A stretch of DNA of 64,000 bases from NCBI GenBank assembly GCA_038206475.1, contig JBBRAU010000001.1:141732-205731 (forward strand), written 5' to 3'. The notes beneath the pieces are model-generated. The model did not search any database and was not told the origin of the DNA. It saw nothing but the letters and a program-made list of their open reading frames with translations. The position numbers and the translations under genes are program-made. This DNA is from Patescibacteria group bacterium (GTDB taxonomy: Bacteria > Patescibacteriota > UBA1384 > JBBRAU01). Numbering within the stretch: position 1 is the stretch's first letter; each line of letters opens with the position of its first letter. Positions 49,701 through 60,080 of the stretch are shown here, piece by piece.

Positions 49701-50615
49701 ATGCGACGACTTCTGCTTTTTTTGGTGCCCCTTTTGGCATGGCCCGCTACTGCCCAGGCTGCCGGCAATGGCGGCTTGGTGCTGTCGCCGGCTTATCAAG
49801 AGGTCAGTTTAGAGACAGGCGTGAGTGCCAAGCGTGTTGTTTTGACGCTGACCAACCAAGCCCAGTCGACAGCAAACCTCAATGTCTCGGCAGTTGATTT
49901 TGGCAACCTCGACAATCATGGTGGTCTGGCCTTCGCCGGTCAACCCGGCATTACGCTCGACAACAGCCATTTGCTGGTTAATTGGCTCGCCTTTGACCGA
50001 ACGACGGTACAAATTAACCCAGGCAAAAGCCAACAACTGACAGTCAGTATCAACAACCGCGATGATCTCACCGCCGGTGGCCATTATGCCGCGGTCTTTC
50101 TCACCGCGTCGGGCAACTATGGCAGCGCCACGCTCAGTTTCACGCCGGCTCTGGCCACCTTGCTCTATGTCAATAAAGTAGGCGCCAGCCAAGTTGGTCT
50201 GGAGCTGCAGTCGATGGCCACAAACTCCGGTTGGAGAACGGTGCCTAGCCAGTTAACGCTTAACTTTCACAATACCGGTGGAATTCACCTAAAGCCGCGC
50301 GGGACTGTTGAGTTAACCGACCCACTTGGCCACCTCTCTAGCCGCGGCATCATCAATGAATCCTCAGCCATTATTCTGCCAGCAGCGGTCCGCCACTACT
50401 CGGTGACGCTGCTCAGTCGGCGTCGCCCCATCTGGCCTGGCCGCTACACCCTCTCGGTGCACTACCGCTACGACGGCCGAGACGACACGACAACCGTCAC
50501 CCGAAGCATTTGGTACCTTGGTTCAGTTGGGCTGGCGGGTCTAGGTCTGGTCGGGGTAGTTTTTATCATAATAATTGTAAGACTAAAGAGAAATAGGTAC
50601 AGGCGTACACTATAA
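49701..50615 (+). CDS. Second DUF916/WxL-interacting-like membrane-anchored protein
   Basis: LSPAYQE, NWLAF, NPGKSQ, GGHYAAV, NTGGIHLKPRG, GRYTLSV.Y, C-terminal TM plus basic tail. Confidence 0.7.
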   Translation: MRRLLLFLVPLLAWPATAQAAGNGGLVLSPAYQEVSLETGVSAKRVVLTLTNQAQSTANLNVSAVDFGNLDNHGGLAFAGQPGITLDNSHLLVNWLAFDRTTVQINPGKSQQLTVSINNRDDLTAGGHYAAVFLTASGNYGSATLSFTPALATLLYVNKVGASQVGLELQSMATNSGWRTVPSQLTLNFHNTGGIHLKPRGTVELTDPLGHLSSRGIINESSAIILPAAVRHYSVTLLSRRRPIWPGRYTLSVHYRYDGRDDTTTVTRSIWYLGSVGLAGLGLVGVVFIIIIVRLKRNRYRRTL

Positions 50616-50706
50616 ATAATAAGACATATTACCATCCATAATTGCCCCCGAACAGCGGCCAAATCAGCTGGTATTAAAGTAACGCTCCGCTATACTGAAG
50701 ACAAGG

Positions 50707-53700
50707 ATGGGTAAACTCTTATCGCGGCTATGGGCAAGCGTATTACTCGCAACCATTGTTGTGAGTGTTTCTGGCGTCGCAACCGTCCCAACCGCCCAGG
50801 CAGCCGCCGGTATTCTGCATCAAATTAATTTTCAAGGCAAAGTTGTTAAATCTGACGGCACCAATGTCGCCAACGGCAGCTACGCCTTTGTTTTTAAGCT
50901 CTACGATAATTCGGCTGCCGGAACTCAGCTCGGCAATACGGAAACCCAAAGCCTAACCGTTACCGACGGCATCTTCCGCACAACGTTTTCGGATACGGCC
51001 GCAACTGGCCTACTCGAGAACGTTAATTTTAATTCTGACTCGCTCTACCTCGGGGTTAATTTCAACGGCGACGGCGAAATGACGCCGCGAGTGCGCTTTA
51101 CCTCAGTCCCCTACGCTTTCAATGCCGAGAAGGTAAACGGCCTAGCCGTGACCAATAATGCCGGCAATCCGCTGGCGGCGGGCTCAGCGCTCAAATTGCC
51201 AGACGGAAAAATAGTCGAATTTTCTGGCAGCAATAACCTAACCCTAACGACGACCGGGAATACGGTCGCGACCTTGCCGTCCGGCACGATCACCCTGGCC
51301 GACTTGAGCAGCACACAAGTCTTTAGCGGTGCCAAAACGTTTTCAGACTTGACCGTCTCCGACACCAACATCGCCCTGTCTGGTGCCTCAACCATCTTCA
51401 CCGGCACCGGAGCAATAACAGTCACGCCGGGCGGCGGCGGTGCTTTGAGCTTAAACTCGGCCGGAACCGGCAATACTGCTATTGGCAATGGCACCGGTAC
51501 CTTCCAACTCGACTCAAATACGCTTGACATCTCAACCGCCGGTGCCTTAAGTGGTGTCACCGGTATTGCCAGCTCCGGCGCCTACACCCAAACCGGTGTC
51601 AGCGCCAACACTTTCTCTGGGGCGACCACCTTCTCGGCGGCTGGTACGGCTGTATCGGTCACCAACGATGTTGGCATCGGCGGCGTTCTCCAAGTTGGTT
51701 CAACCACACCAACCACTTACTCCAGGCTCGGCACCAATACCACTGGTCATTCGCTTGGCGCGGCCTCAGACTTATTGGTCTCGGGCAATATTGAAGTTGA
51801 TGGCTCAGCCTTCTTTGACGGCACCGTGAGCTATGGCGGTGGTGCCAACTTTACGTTGACCACCAGCGCAAACAACATAACAACCGTTGCCGTTTCAACC
51901 ACCCAAACCGCAACCGGCGCCTTAACCGCCTCAACTGGTCTGTCCAGTCTCTGGCAGAGCAGTGCCGTAGTGGCTGGTGTTGGCGTTAGTCAAACCGCCT
52001 ACGGTAACTACACCACGGCTACTAAAACCGGGGCTGACACCGCTACCGGCACTTACAGCCTGTATGGCGATTACGCCAGCGTCAGCAATACCGGCTCGAC
52101 GAACGCCGGTACCAAAAATACTTACGGCGCGGCCTACTCGGCCACTGGCGATACGGCTGGTGCCTCAACTGCAACCGGACTGACAGTGACCGCCTCTGGT
52201 GCTGACACCAATCGTGGCCTTGAGATAACCGGCCCCACCTCAGCCGCCAACAACTATGCCCTGTACTCATCAGCCGCCGCTCAGTCGGTCATGGCTGGCA
52301 ACTTGCGGATTGGCTCAACTACCGCGCCAAACGTGGCACTGGATGTCACCGGCGCCGGCACCTTCTCTTCAACGCTGACGGCTTCAAATGGTCTCACGGT
52401 TTCAGCTGGTGGTGCCACGGTCGGTGGCAGCTCAACCGTCACTGGCACTTTGGGCATTTCTTCCTATCTCCAGGTTGGCTCGGTCACTGGTACCACCTAT
52501 TCGCGACTGGGCACGGGAGCAACTAACCACAGTCTGGCTGGCGCTGACAGTTTATTTGTCACTGGCAACTTGGAGGTTGACGGGTCGACCTATTACGATG
52601 GTGGCGTCACCTACGGCTCTGGCACCACCTATGACTCAACCGTCACCTTCAACTCCGATGTAGACTACGCCTTGGCTGGCACTGAAAACGTGACAATCAA
52701 CAATAGTAGCTACTCGACGCCATCAGCTGGCCTGCTCGATATTGCCGCAACTAGCAGCACAGATGACGTTCGCGTATTGCAAGCGGCGCTTACCTACTCT
52801 GCCACAGGGGCCGCGACTGGCTACACCAGCCGCAGCAGTTTTGCTAGCTCAGCCGTAGTGGCCGGAGCCGGCGTTTCCCAAACCGGCTATGCCAATTACA
52901 ACACCGCCACAAAAACCGGAGCAGATACGGCTACCGGCACCTATACGCTTTATGGTAGCTACAATACCGCTTCTAATACTGGCTCATCAGCCGGGACGAA
53001 AGTGACTATCGGCGGCGCCTTTACCGCTGTCGGTGATACTGGCGGCACCTCAACCGCCAAAGGCCTTACCGTCACTGCCTCAGGCGCCGATACCAACTAC
53101 GGTATTGAAATTACCGGTCCAACCTCGGCTACCAATAACTATGCCATCTACTCCAGTGCGGCGGCGCAATCGGCCATTGCTGGCAACGTGCGGGTTGGCT
53201 CAACCACGGCGCCTACGGTGGCATTAGATGTCACCGGCGCGGGATTGATTTCCTCAACCTTAGGCGTTTCTTCGACACTGACGGCCTCTAATGGTTTCAT
53301 CCAAACCACCGGCGCATTGAGTTTGACAGCTAGCTCTGGCTCATCGGCCATTACCCAAAGTGTTTTTGCCATTACTTCAACAGTCACCTCGGGCAACGGC
53401 TTCTCGGTGGCCTCGTCAACGGTTGACTCAGGCAACGTGGTGAGTCTCAATTCAACCAGCACGGCTGCCGCCTCTAACTCCCAAACCGTCTTAAACGTCG
53501 CCACCTCCGGCGCCAACGGTGCCTCAACTCAAACCACCTATGGCGCCAAAATTGCTAACACGCACACTGGCACTTCTTCCACTAATGTTGGTGGCTACTT
53601 CAGCGCCTCCGGCGGCACCAACAACTATGCCGCTATTTTTGACCAAGGCAATGTTGGTGTTGGCAACCCCACACCTTCACAGGCACTGAGCGTGACAGGG

Positions 53701-56700
53701 AGAGTTGCCATTGCTCCAAGCGGTACTGTCTCTGATGAACAGTACAACGGCAATTTGGTTATCACTAAACCAGTGTCCAGTGGACAGTACGTTAACCTAA
53801 TACGAGCTGGCACCTATGGATGGTCCCTGGGCTACGCCTACAACACCAGTACTTTCGCTATAGGCACTATTCAGGGAATAGACTCCAACTTTACTGCCCC
53901 TGCGCTGCAACTAGGAGCAAATGGAAACTTAACCATAACCGGATCCGTAACTGGCACTCAGTTAGTCTCGAATATTGCCACTGGCACCGCGCCCTTGCTC
54001 ATTACCTCAACCACCGTTGTGCCAAACCTTAACGTCTCACAGTTACTTGGTTCCACCTGGGCCGCCCCCGGGGCCATAGGTTCCACCACTCCCAACACCG
54101 GTGCTTTCACCACCCTGACCACCACCGGTACCATTAACTCCCAGGCCATCTCAGCCACCGCCGCCTTAACCGGCACCCTCTCCGTTGCCTCCACCTTAAC
54201 TGCCTCCAGTGGCTTGACTCAGACCACGGGAGCGCTCAATTTAACCGCCACCAGCGGCGCGCTGGCTATCTCTGGCTTAACCTCCGCCGCCCTGGCCACC
54301 GCCGCCTTAACCTTAAACACCACCGGTACTGGTACCACTCAAATTGGCAATGGCACCGGTACCTTCCAACTCGACTCAAATACGCTTGACATCTCAACGG
54401 CCGGTGCCTTAAGTGGTGTCACCGGTATTGCCAGCTCCGGCGCCTACACCCAAACCGGTGTCAGCGCCAATACCCTCACCGGCGCAACCTCCCTCACTGC
54501 CGCCGGCACCGCCCTTGCCGTTACCAACAACGCCACGATCGGCGGTACACTGACTGTTGGCGCCGTCTCGTCTGCCTCTGGTGCCGGTATTTTTGATTCG
54601 CTGAGCGTGGGTGGCGGTTACGGTTCAACCGGCGTCAGTATCTCGAATACCGGCAATATCCAAGCCAATGGCACGCTTACGGTGGATTCGACAATCGGCA
54701 TTGGTGGCGCTCCAGCGAGCTCAGCCGGGCTGCTGACCACCGGTGCTATCACCGCCACCACCAGTCAGTATGGCGTTGAGGCGGCCAACACCTTTAGCTC
54801 AGCGGCCACCACCGGTGCCAGCTTCTACGCTCTACCGCAGACGGCGGCAGCGGCTTATACCGTCACCAGTCTGTATAATTACCTCGCCTCTAATGCCAGC
54901 CTTGGCGTGGGCAGTGCTGTCACTAACCAATATGGTTTCTACAGCCCCGACTTAACTAGCGGCAGTAATAACTACGGTTTCTATGCCAATATTTCCTCGG
55001 GGACTAATAAATACGCCTTCTATGGTGGCGGCAATGCCCCGAGTTACTTTGGCGGCAACGTCGGTATTGGCACCGCGTCACCGAGTAACAAACTAACCAC
55101 TGTAGACACTGCAGGCGGTGTTCTTTGGCCAGGCATTCGTATCAAGAATGCCGCCAATTCCGTCAATACTGGTGCGGCCATAGAATTCAGTGTCCTGAAC
55201 GGTAGCAATGCGGAAACGGTGATGGGTCAGATAGGCGCCGCAGTTAACTCGGGGACGGCTGGTAGCGAGTTTGGTTACCTTACATTTCGGGCCAGTGTAG
55301 GTGGTACGCCGACAGAGGTGCTTCGTGTCTGGCCGGGGGCTGCGAGTACTACCCAGACCTCTATTACGCAAAGCACCGGTTCATCAGGACTGAATGTCAT
55401 CATTCCCTCCTATGTTGCAAATTCATACACCCCCGGCCTCTTCTGGAGCACGGCGGATAACAATCCATCAAAGCCGAAGGCGGGCATTTATACTCAGCTT
55501 ACGGCAACGGGGACCTATCTTTTGCTGGGCACTTCAAATTCATATGCAACAGGCATTACCAGCAACGTTATTATCGATCCAACCGGCAATGTCACTGGCG
55601 GCACCTACAACGGCCAGACCATCTCCAGTGCCGCCAGTTTCACCGGCACGGTTGGGGTGGCCAACTCGGTCACCGCACCAACGGTTAACGTTGGCACCGC
55701 CGGTGCTTCAACCGGAGTACTCAACCTGTCAGGGGCGACCTCTGGTACCATCTCCATCAAAGGTCAGGCCGCCGCTGGCAGCTACAACTTTAACTTACCA
55801 ACCACGGTTGGTTCTTCCGGTTTCGTGCTTACTTCAGCGGGCGGGGGAGTCACCGCCATGACCTGGACTGATCCGGCTGGTCTGACGGCAGGGACTGCCA
55901 CCAGCGTGCTCTTCTCCGGTGTGCAAGCCGCCACCAACACCGGCCAGGCACTGCTGGTTGGTAATGGCTCCTCATTAGGTGTGACCGGCACCGGCACCAT
56001 CAACGCCACCACCCTGCTTGGTTCTACTTGGGCTATCCCCGGGGCCATAGGTTCCACCACTCCCAACACCGGTGCTTTCACTACGGTCGCTTCAACCGGT
56101 ATTGCCTCATCGGGTAGCTATACCCAGACCGGAAGCGGTGCCAATACGTTCACTGGCGCCTCATCATTCACTGCCGCCGGTACGGCGCTAACAGTTAATA
56201 ATAGTGCTCAGATTTCCGGTGTAGTGGGGGTGGGTGGTGCTACTTATTCAAGTACGGGTCTAATCATCAGAAACACAAACTTAGCAACCGCTGATCAATA
56301 TGGTGCCTATATTTCGCCCACCTTTAACTCTTCTGCTACTCACGGAGCCGGCGGCGTTGTGTCTTCCCCCTCTACTAGTGCAGCTGCGTTTACGATTCCC
56401 ATACTCTATGACTACTATGCAGGCATTGTTTCAATTGGTGCTGGAAGCAGCGTCACTACTCAGTATGGCTACTTTGCGGAAGACCTGACTGGTGCCACCA
56501 ATAGCTACGGATACTTCAGTAACATGTCCTCGGGGGCTAATAAGTACGCTTTCTATGGGGCAGGGACGGCGGCTAGCGTCTTTCTGGGCAATGTTGGTGT
56601 TGGCACCAGCGGACCTTTGGCCAAACTACATGTCTCATCGGGCGACAGTGCAGTAATTAGCTTAGTTTCAGGTGTTAGCAAGGGTATCCGCTTTGGTGCT

Positions 56701-58923
56701 AACTCCTCGACGGCCATCATTAATGGTGTTGATAACACTGGTACAGGTTCATATCAGCCCCTGTCGCTTGGCGGTTCTGAGTTGCGGTTCAACAACTCCG
56801 CCGTGGAAGTGGCCAGGCTTAATTCCAGTGGTAATCTGGGCGTTGGTGCTACGACCACTATTTCCGCTCGGCTGCACTCTCTTGCCACCACCGAGCAGCT
56901 GCGCTTGGGCTATGATGCCGCCAACTACGCCGCCTTTACCGTCTCCTCCGGCGGCAACCTGACGCTGGCACCAACTGGCGGCACGACGAACGCTGCGGGT
57001 GCCCTGGCCGTGACTACTTCAATTACCGCACCAACCCTCTACGGCGGTGCTGCCTCCGGCGGCAATCTCACCCTCTCCTCTACCAGCAACGCTACGAAGG
57101 GTAAATTACTGATGGGCGGCTCTGCCTTTGTGGAATCAGCTAACCAGCTTGGCCTTGGCACTACCGCCCCAGACGCAAAGCTATCTATCGCCATAGCTCA
57201 GGCAGGTACCCAGTACATTCAGGGCCAGTTTGCCGGAACCAATACCGCTTCCGATCTTGGTAAGTTCCGGGTAGGTGGGGGCGAGATTGGTACTGGCGGC
57301 GTTGACCGGGCCTACCTTGAGGTGCGCCAGACCTGGAACGGTGCTACTACTGATACTGAACTAGGCCTCTATTCCACCAAGGGCGGGATTGGCGGCGGCG
57401 AGCGGCTGACAGTGCTGGGGAGCGGAAACGTCGGTATCGGTAATACTAACCCTGCCGCCTTACTCAGCGTGGGTAGCGGCGACAAATTACAAGTAGGCGC
57501 AACCGGCAACCTCAAACTCACCAACGTCACCACCGGCTCCAACACCAGTTCCCCCACCATCAACTTGGAAGGCAACGGCTTCACCGCTGGCCCCACCAAC
57601 ACCACCGGCTCCTTCTCCATGCAGACCATCCCCAGCAGTGCCACGGCTGCCAAGCTGATGATCGCCGTTACTGGCTTTGCCACCCAGAACGTTGCCTCAC
57701 TGACTGAAGCCGGTGCCTGGATTACCAAAGGCGCCCAAACCGCTAGCGGTACGCCGGACGTAGCTGAGTTTATTGGCACCACGGCCGAAGTGACTGCCGG
57801 AGACGTGGTAGTAGCGGCCGCTGGCCAGAACGGCAACGAGAACTTTGTAGCCACCCGCAACAGTGTACGCGGCAACCCCAGCGTCATTGGCGCCATTGCC
57901 GACGGTACCTCCGGCGTGCAGATCAATTCGTACGGCCAGTACAACGACTTCACCAATGGCACGCTCAGCAATAAGGGCAAACCGATGACTATTGCCGGCC
58001 GTATTCCGGTCAAGGTGACAACCCGCGGCGGCAGCCAACCCATTCTCCGTGGCGACCTCCTTATGGCCTCCGACAAGCCCGGTTACGCCGAGAAGTATGA
58101 TCCCGCCTCCGGCCCTTTGGTCGGCATCATCGGCGTTGCTCTAGACGAATTGCCTGCGGGCGACGGTAAGGTTTTTGCCCAGATCCAAATCTCTCGTGTC
58201 AGCGCTTCTCAGGCGCTTCTCGGCACAGCGCAGGATCTCGGTATCACTACGCTTACTGTTTCCAGCTCAGCTCTGTTCAAAGGAGACTTGAACGTGATTG
58301 GCAATGTGACGATCGGCGGCAGTTTGACTATTGGTAGCTCAAGTACGTCTAAGCTGGTTTTTAGGGTGCTTGGTCAGTCGCAATTTGGCAGCGACACCGA
58401 CAACCTGGCGATTAGTGAAAAGGGCCAGCTAACCCGCCATGGCCAGGCCACCACTAACCAGACTTTAGAGAACCTAGGCAAAGTGAGTGCAGCCAGCCCA
58501 ACCAATGTTTTGCCGCTGACTACGCTAATAGGCGCGGCTACTATTTCGTCTAGCCTGAGCCAGCCTGATGTGCCGCGCAACGTAACCTTGACAGCCATCG
58601 GCCTACGCGGCCTGGTCACGGTCAAGGGCATCTTGGCCGACAGCACCGAGGCGAGTGAGCAATTTAATGTCGTGGCTGACGGAATGATGCTTGGTCAAAA
58701 AGCCTTCCTGTCCATTAATAACGTGTCGGTGCCGGGTGCTGGGCAAATAAGTCTGGGTACTGGCCAAAAGCTGGGTCTGTCTAATAGTTTGCACGGTCAA
58801 AATGGTGTCTACTTGACACAAAAAGACGCCGCCCGAGTTACAGCGCAAGTGGATAGCCAAAACAGCACCGTTGACCTGGGACCATTAAATGGTGAAGCCA
58901 TTAAAATTTGGTACCGCTACTAA
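50707..58923 (+). CDS. Giant (2738 aa) secreted phage-tail-fibre-like adhesin
   Basis: Signal peptide; INFQGK...EMTPR....SVPYA head; Gly/Ser/Thr/Ala beta repeats; several GNVG(I/V)G motifs; PDVAEF...GDVV...AGRIPVKV...GDLL chaperone-like region. Confidence 0.85.
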   Translation: MGKLLSRLWASVLLATIVVSVSGVATVPTAQAAAGILHQINFQGKVVKSDGTNVANGSYAFVFKLYDNSAAGTQLGNTETQSLTVTDGIFRTTFSDTAATGLLENVNFNSDSLYLGVNFNGDGEMTPRVRFTSVPYAFNAEKVNGLAVTNNAGNPLAAGSALKLPDGKIVEFSGSNNLTLTTTGNTVATLPSGTITLADLSSTQVFSGAKTFSDLTVSDTNIALSGASTIFTGTGAITVTPGGGGALSLNSAGTGNTAIGNGTGTFQLDSNTLDISTAGALSGVTGIASSGAYTQTGVSANTFSGATTFSAAGTAVSVTNDVGIGGVLQVGSTTPTTYSRLGTNTTGHSLGAASDLLVSGNIEVDGSAFFDGTVSYGGGANFTLTTSANNITTVAVSTTQTATGALTASTGLSSLWQSSAVVAGVGVSQTAYGNYTTATKTGADTATGTYSLYGDYASVSNTGSTNAGTKNTYGAAYSATGDTAGASTATGLTVTASGADTNRGLEITGPTSAANNYALYSSAAAQSVMAGNLRIGSTTAPNVALDVTGAGTFSSTLTASNGLTVSAGGATVGGSSTVTGTLGISSYLQVGSVTGTTYSRLGTGATNHSLAGADSLFVTGNLEVDGSTYYDGGVTYGSGTTYDSTVTFNSDVDYALAGTENVTINNSSYSTPSAGLLDIAATSSTDDVRVLQAALTYSATGAATGYTSRSSFASSAVVAGAGVSQTGYANYNTATKTGADTATGTYTLYGSYNTASNTGSSAGTKVTIGGAFTAVGDTGGTSTAKGLTVTASGADTNYGIEITGPTSATNNYAIYSSAAAQSAIAGNVRVGSTTAPTVALDVTGAGLISSTLGVSSTLTASNGFIQTTGALSLTASSGSSAITQSVFAITSTVTSGNGFSVASSTVDSGNVVSLNSTSTAAASNSQTVLNVATSGANGASTQTTYGAKIANTHTGTSSTNVGGYFSASGGTNNYAAIFDQGNVGVGNPTPSQALSVTGRVAIAPSGTVSDEQYNGNLVITKPVSSGQYVNLIRAGTYGWSLGYAYNTSTFAIGTIQGIDSNFTAPALQLGANGNLTITGSVTGTQLVSNIATGTAPLLITSTTVVPNLNVSQLLGSTWAAPGAIGSTTPNTGAFTTLTTTGTINSQAISATAALTGTLSVASTLTASSGLTQTTGALNLTATSGALAISGLTSAALATAALTLNTTGTGTTQIGNGTGTFQLDSNTLDISTAGALSGVTGIASSGAYTQTGVSANTLTGATSLTAAGTALAVTNNATIGGTLTVGAVSSASGAGIFDSLSVGGGYGSTGVSISNTGNIQANGTLTVDSTIGIGGAPASSAGLLTTGAITATTSQYGVEAANTFSSAATTGASFYALPQTAAAAYTVTSLYNYLASNASLGVGSAVTNQYGFYSPDLTSGSNNYGFYANISSGTNKYAFYGGGNAPSYFGGNVGIGTASPSNKLTTVDTAGGVLWPGIRIKNAANSVNTGAAIEFSVLNGSNAETVMGQIGAAVNSGTAGSEFGYLTFRASVGGTPTEVLRVWPGAASTTQTSITQSTGSSGLNVIIPSYVANSYTPGLFWSTADNNPSKPKAGIYTQLTATGTYLLLGTSNSYATGITSNVIIDPTGNVTGGTYNGQTISSAASFTGTVGVANSVTAPTVNVGTAGASTGVLNLSGATSGTISIKGQAAAGSYNFNLPTTVGSSGFVLTSAGGGVTAMTWTDPAGLTAGTATSVLFSGVQAATNTGQALLVGNGSSLGVTGTGTINATTLLGSTWAIPGAIGSTTPNTGAFTTVASTGIASSGSYTQTGSGANTFTGASSFTAAGTALTVNNSAQISGVVGVGGATYSSTGLIIRNTNLATADQYGAYISPTFNSSATHGAGGVVSSPSTSAAAFTIPILYDYYAGIVSIGAGSSVTTQYGYFAEDLTGATNSYGYFSNMSSGANKYAFYGAGTAASVFLGNVGVGTSGPLAKLHVSSGDSAVISLVSGVSKGIRFGANSSTAIINGVDNTGTGSYQPLSLGGSELRFNNSAVEVARLNSSGNLGVGATTTISARLHSLATTEQLRLGYDAANYAAFTVSSGGNLTLAPTGGTTNAAGALAVTTSITAPTLYGGAASGGNLTLSSTSNATKGKLLMGGSAFVESANQLGLGTTAPDAKLSIAIAQAGTQYIQGQFAGTNTASDLGKFRVGGGEIGTGGVDRAYLEVRQTWNGATTDTELGLYSTKGGIGGGERLTVLGSGNVGIGNTNPAALLSVGSGDKLQVGATGNLKLTNVTTGSNTSSPTINLEGNGFTAGPTNTTGSFSMQTIPSSATAAKLMIAVTGFATQNVASLTEAGAWITKGAQTASGTPDVAEFIGTTAEVTAGDVVVAAAGQNGNENFVATRNSVRGNPSVIGAIADGTSGVQINSYGQYNDFTNGTLSNKGKPMTIAGRIPVKVTTRGGSQPILRGDLLMASDKPGYAEKYDPASGPLVGIIGVALDELPAGDGKVFAQIQISRVSASQALLGTAQDLGITTLTVSSSALFKGDLNVIGNVTIGGSLTIGSSSTSKLVFRVLGQSQFGSDTDNLAISEKGQLTRHGQATTNQTLENLGKVSAASPTNVLPLTTLIGAATISSSLSQPDVPRNVTLTAIGLRGLVTVKGILADSTEASEQFNVVADGMMLGQKAFLSINNVSVPGAGQISLGTGQKLGLSNSLHGQNGVYLTQKDAARVTAQVDSQNSTVDLGPLNGEAIKIWYRY
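51481..54470 (+). repeat. 128-bp near-identical internal repeat (51481-51608 and 54343-54470)
   Basis: attggcaatggcaccggtaccttccaactcgac...gtcagcgccaa; one mismatch seen by eye. Confidence 0.9.
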
Positions 58924-58960
58924 CCATTATCTTTCGTAATCACATGTGGTGATGGGTAGG

Positions 58961-59060
58961 CATTGCTTCGCTTCGCTCAAGCGATGGGTCGAGTTTATAC
59001 CAATGCACGGAGTGGCCCCACCCCATGTCATTGCGCGCAGCAAAGCGACGAAGTAATCTC
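58961..59060. repeat. Degenerate arms of the same palindromic repeat family as 38363-38503
   Basis: ATTGCTTCGCTTCGCTC and GTCATTGCG...CGAAGTAATCTC. Confidence 0.55.
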
Positions 59061-59154
59061 ACCATTGACGTTCTGGGCCTTACAAACTCCCAGCCGCTTG
59101 CCTATCAGCCAATACATAGACAGACTAAACGCGCATAATACAAAAAGGAGACAC

Positions 59155-59697
59155 GTGTTCAAGCAGCAAAAGCTCGGTTTTACCTTAATTGAGCTGTTAG
59201 TGGTGATTGGCATTATCGCCATCCTGACCGCTCTTTTGGTGCCGACCATTACCAACGCCCGCAAGCGCTCGACGGTCAGCAAAGTGGTTGATGTGTTGGA
59301 GCGCGAGTGCCAGGCCGCCAAAAATTATATGGTCGGTGGTGGCACAGCCAACAGCTATGCTTCAACGCTGGTAGATCGTAGCGGTTTACCTGGCCCGAAC
59401 GCAGTAGCTGGTGCAACCAACTACTGGGCGCTTGGCAGTGTCACTTCGGCGAATTACGGCGGCAGTTTTTCGGCATTGCCCGCCCCCGGCGCCACAACTC
59501 CGCTGGCAATTGGGCTTTCATGGCAACGGGACAGCGCTACCATTGGTACTGGCTACAACGATATAGCGATCGGTCGAACTCGCCTTGGGAAATATGGTGC
59601 AGGGTTGTACTGTGTGACCGATGCCGATGCCTCAGCACCCATTCGATACTATGCCGTTGACAGCACCACTACTGCCACCCTCCTCTATTCCGGCTGA
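59155..59697 (+). CDS. Type IV pilin-like protein (paralog 4)
   Basis: SD AAAAGGAG then GTG; G|[30 protein letters not shown]. Confidence 0.92.
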   Translation: MFKQQKLGFTLIELLVVIGIIAILTALLVPTITNARKRSTVSKVVDVLERECQAAKNYMVGGGTANSYASTLVDRSGLPGPNAVAGATNYWALGSVTSANYGGSFSALPAPGATTPLAIGLSWQRDSATIGTGYNDIAIGRTRLGKYGAGLYCVTDADASAPIRYYAVDSTTTATLLYSG

Positions 59698-59700
59698 CGT

Positions 59701-59781
59701 CTACAGATACTCTACATTGTGGCTGGTCAACTCCTCATGCTGCTGCTCCGCCAAGCGTTTGACTTGCTGTCGCCACAGTTT
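59701..59781 (-). repeat. Diverged duplicate of the last 27 codons of the glycosyltransferase at 60717..61988
   Basis: Encodes KLWRQQVKRLAEQQHEELTSHNVEYL* versus KLRREQAKRLAERQHEELTSHNVEYL* at 60717-60797. Confidence 0.9.
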
Positions 59782-59807
59782 GTGCTAAAATGTGCTATAA
59801 TAATGGC

Positions 59808-60080
59808 ATGATCCGTAATTATCTGTGGTTCAAACCACGCCCGCTGGCTGATTTGGCCGATGTTGAGAGCATTCACCATGTTCTCCGCTATGGCAGTTTA
59901 GAGGAGGTGGCCGAGTTGCGCACCCAGCTGGGTCTCGCACGACTAAGGCAGGTTTTTTTGAGCGCACCGCAGAAGATTTACACCCCGGCGGCGCTGCACT
60001 TTATCAGCCAGTACGTGCTAAAAATTGACACGCCAGTAAACGACCGTGCCTACCTCACCACTGCGCCTCGACATTCTTGA
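59808..60080 (+). CDS. Putative antitoxin (DUF6922-like) partner of AbiEii
   Basis: YLWF..., IHHVLRYGSLEEV; overlaps the downstream nucleotidyltransferase; TGCTATAAT 6 nt before ATG. Confidence 0.65.
   Translation: MIRNYLWFKPRPLADLADVESIHHVLRYGSLEEVAELRTQLGLARLRQVFLSAPQKIYTPAALHFISQYVLKIDTPVNDRAYLTTAPRHS

Noticed and set aside
50707-58923. Prophage inferred from the tail-fibre-like gene
   Set aside because: The protein has a Sec signal peptide, and no capsid, terminase, portal or integrase genes are nearby.
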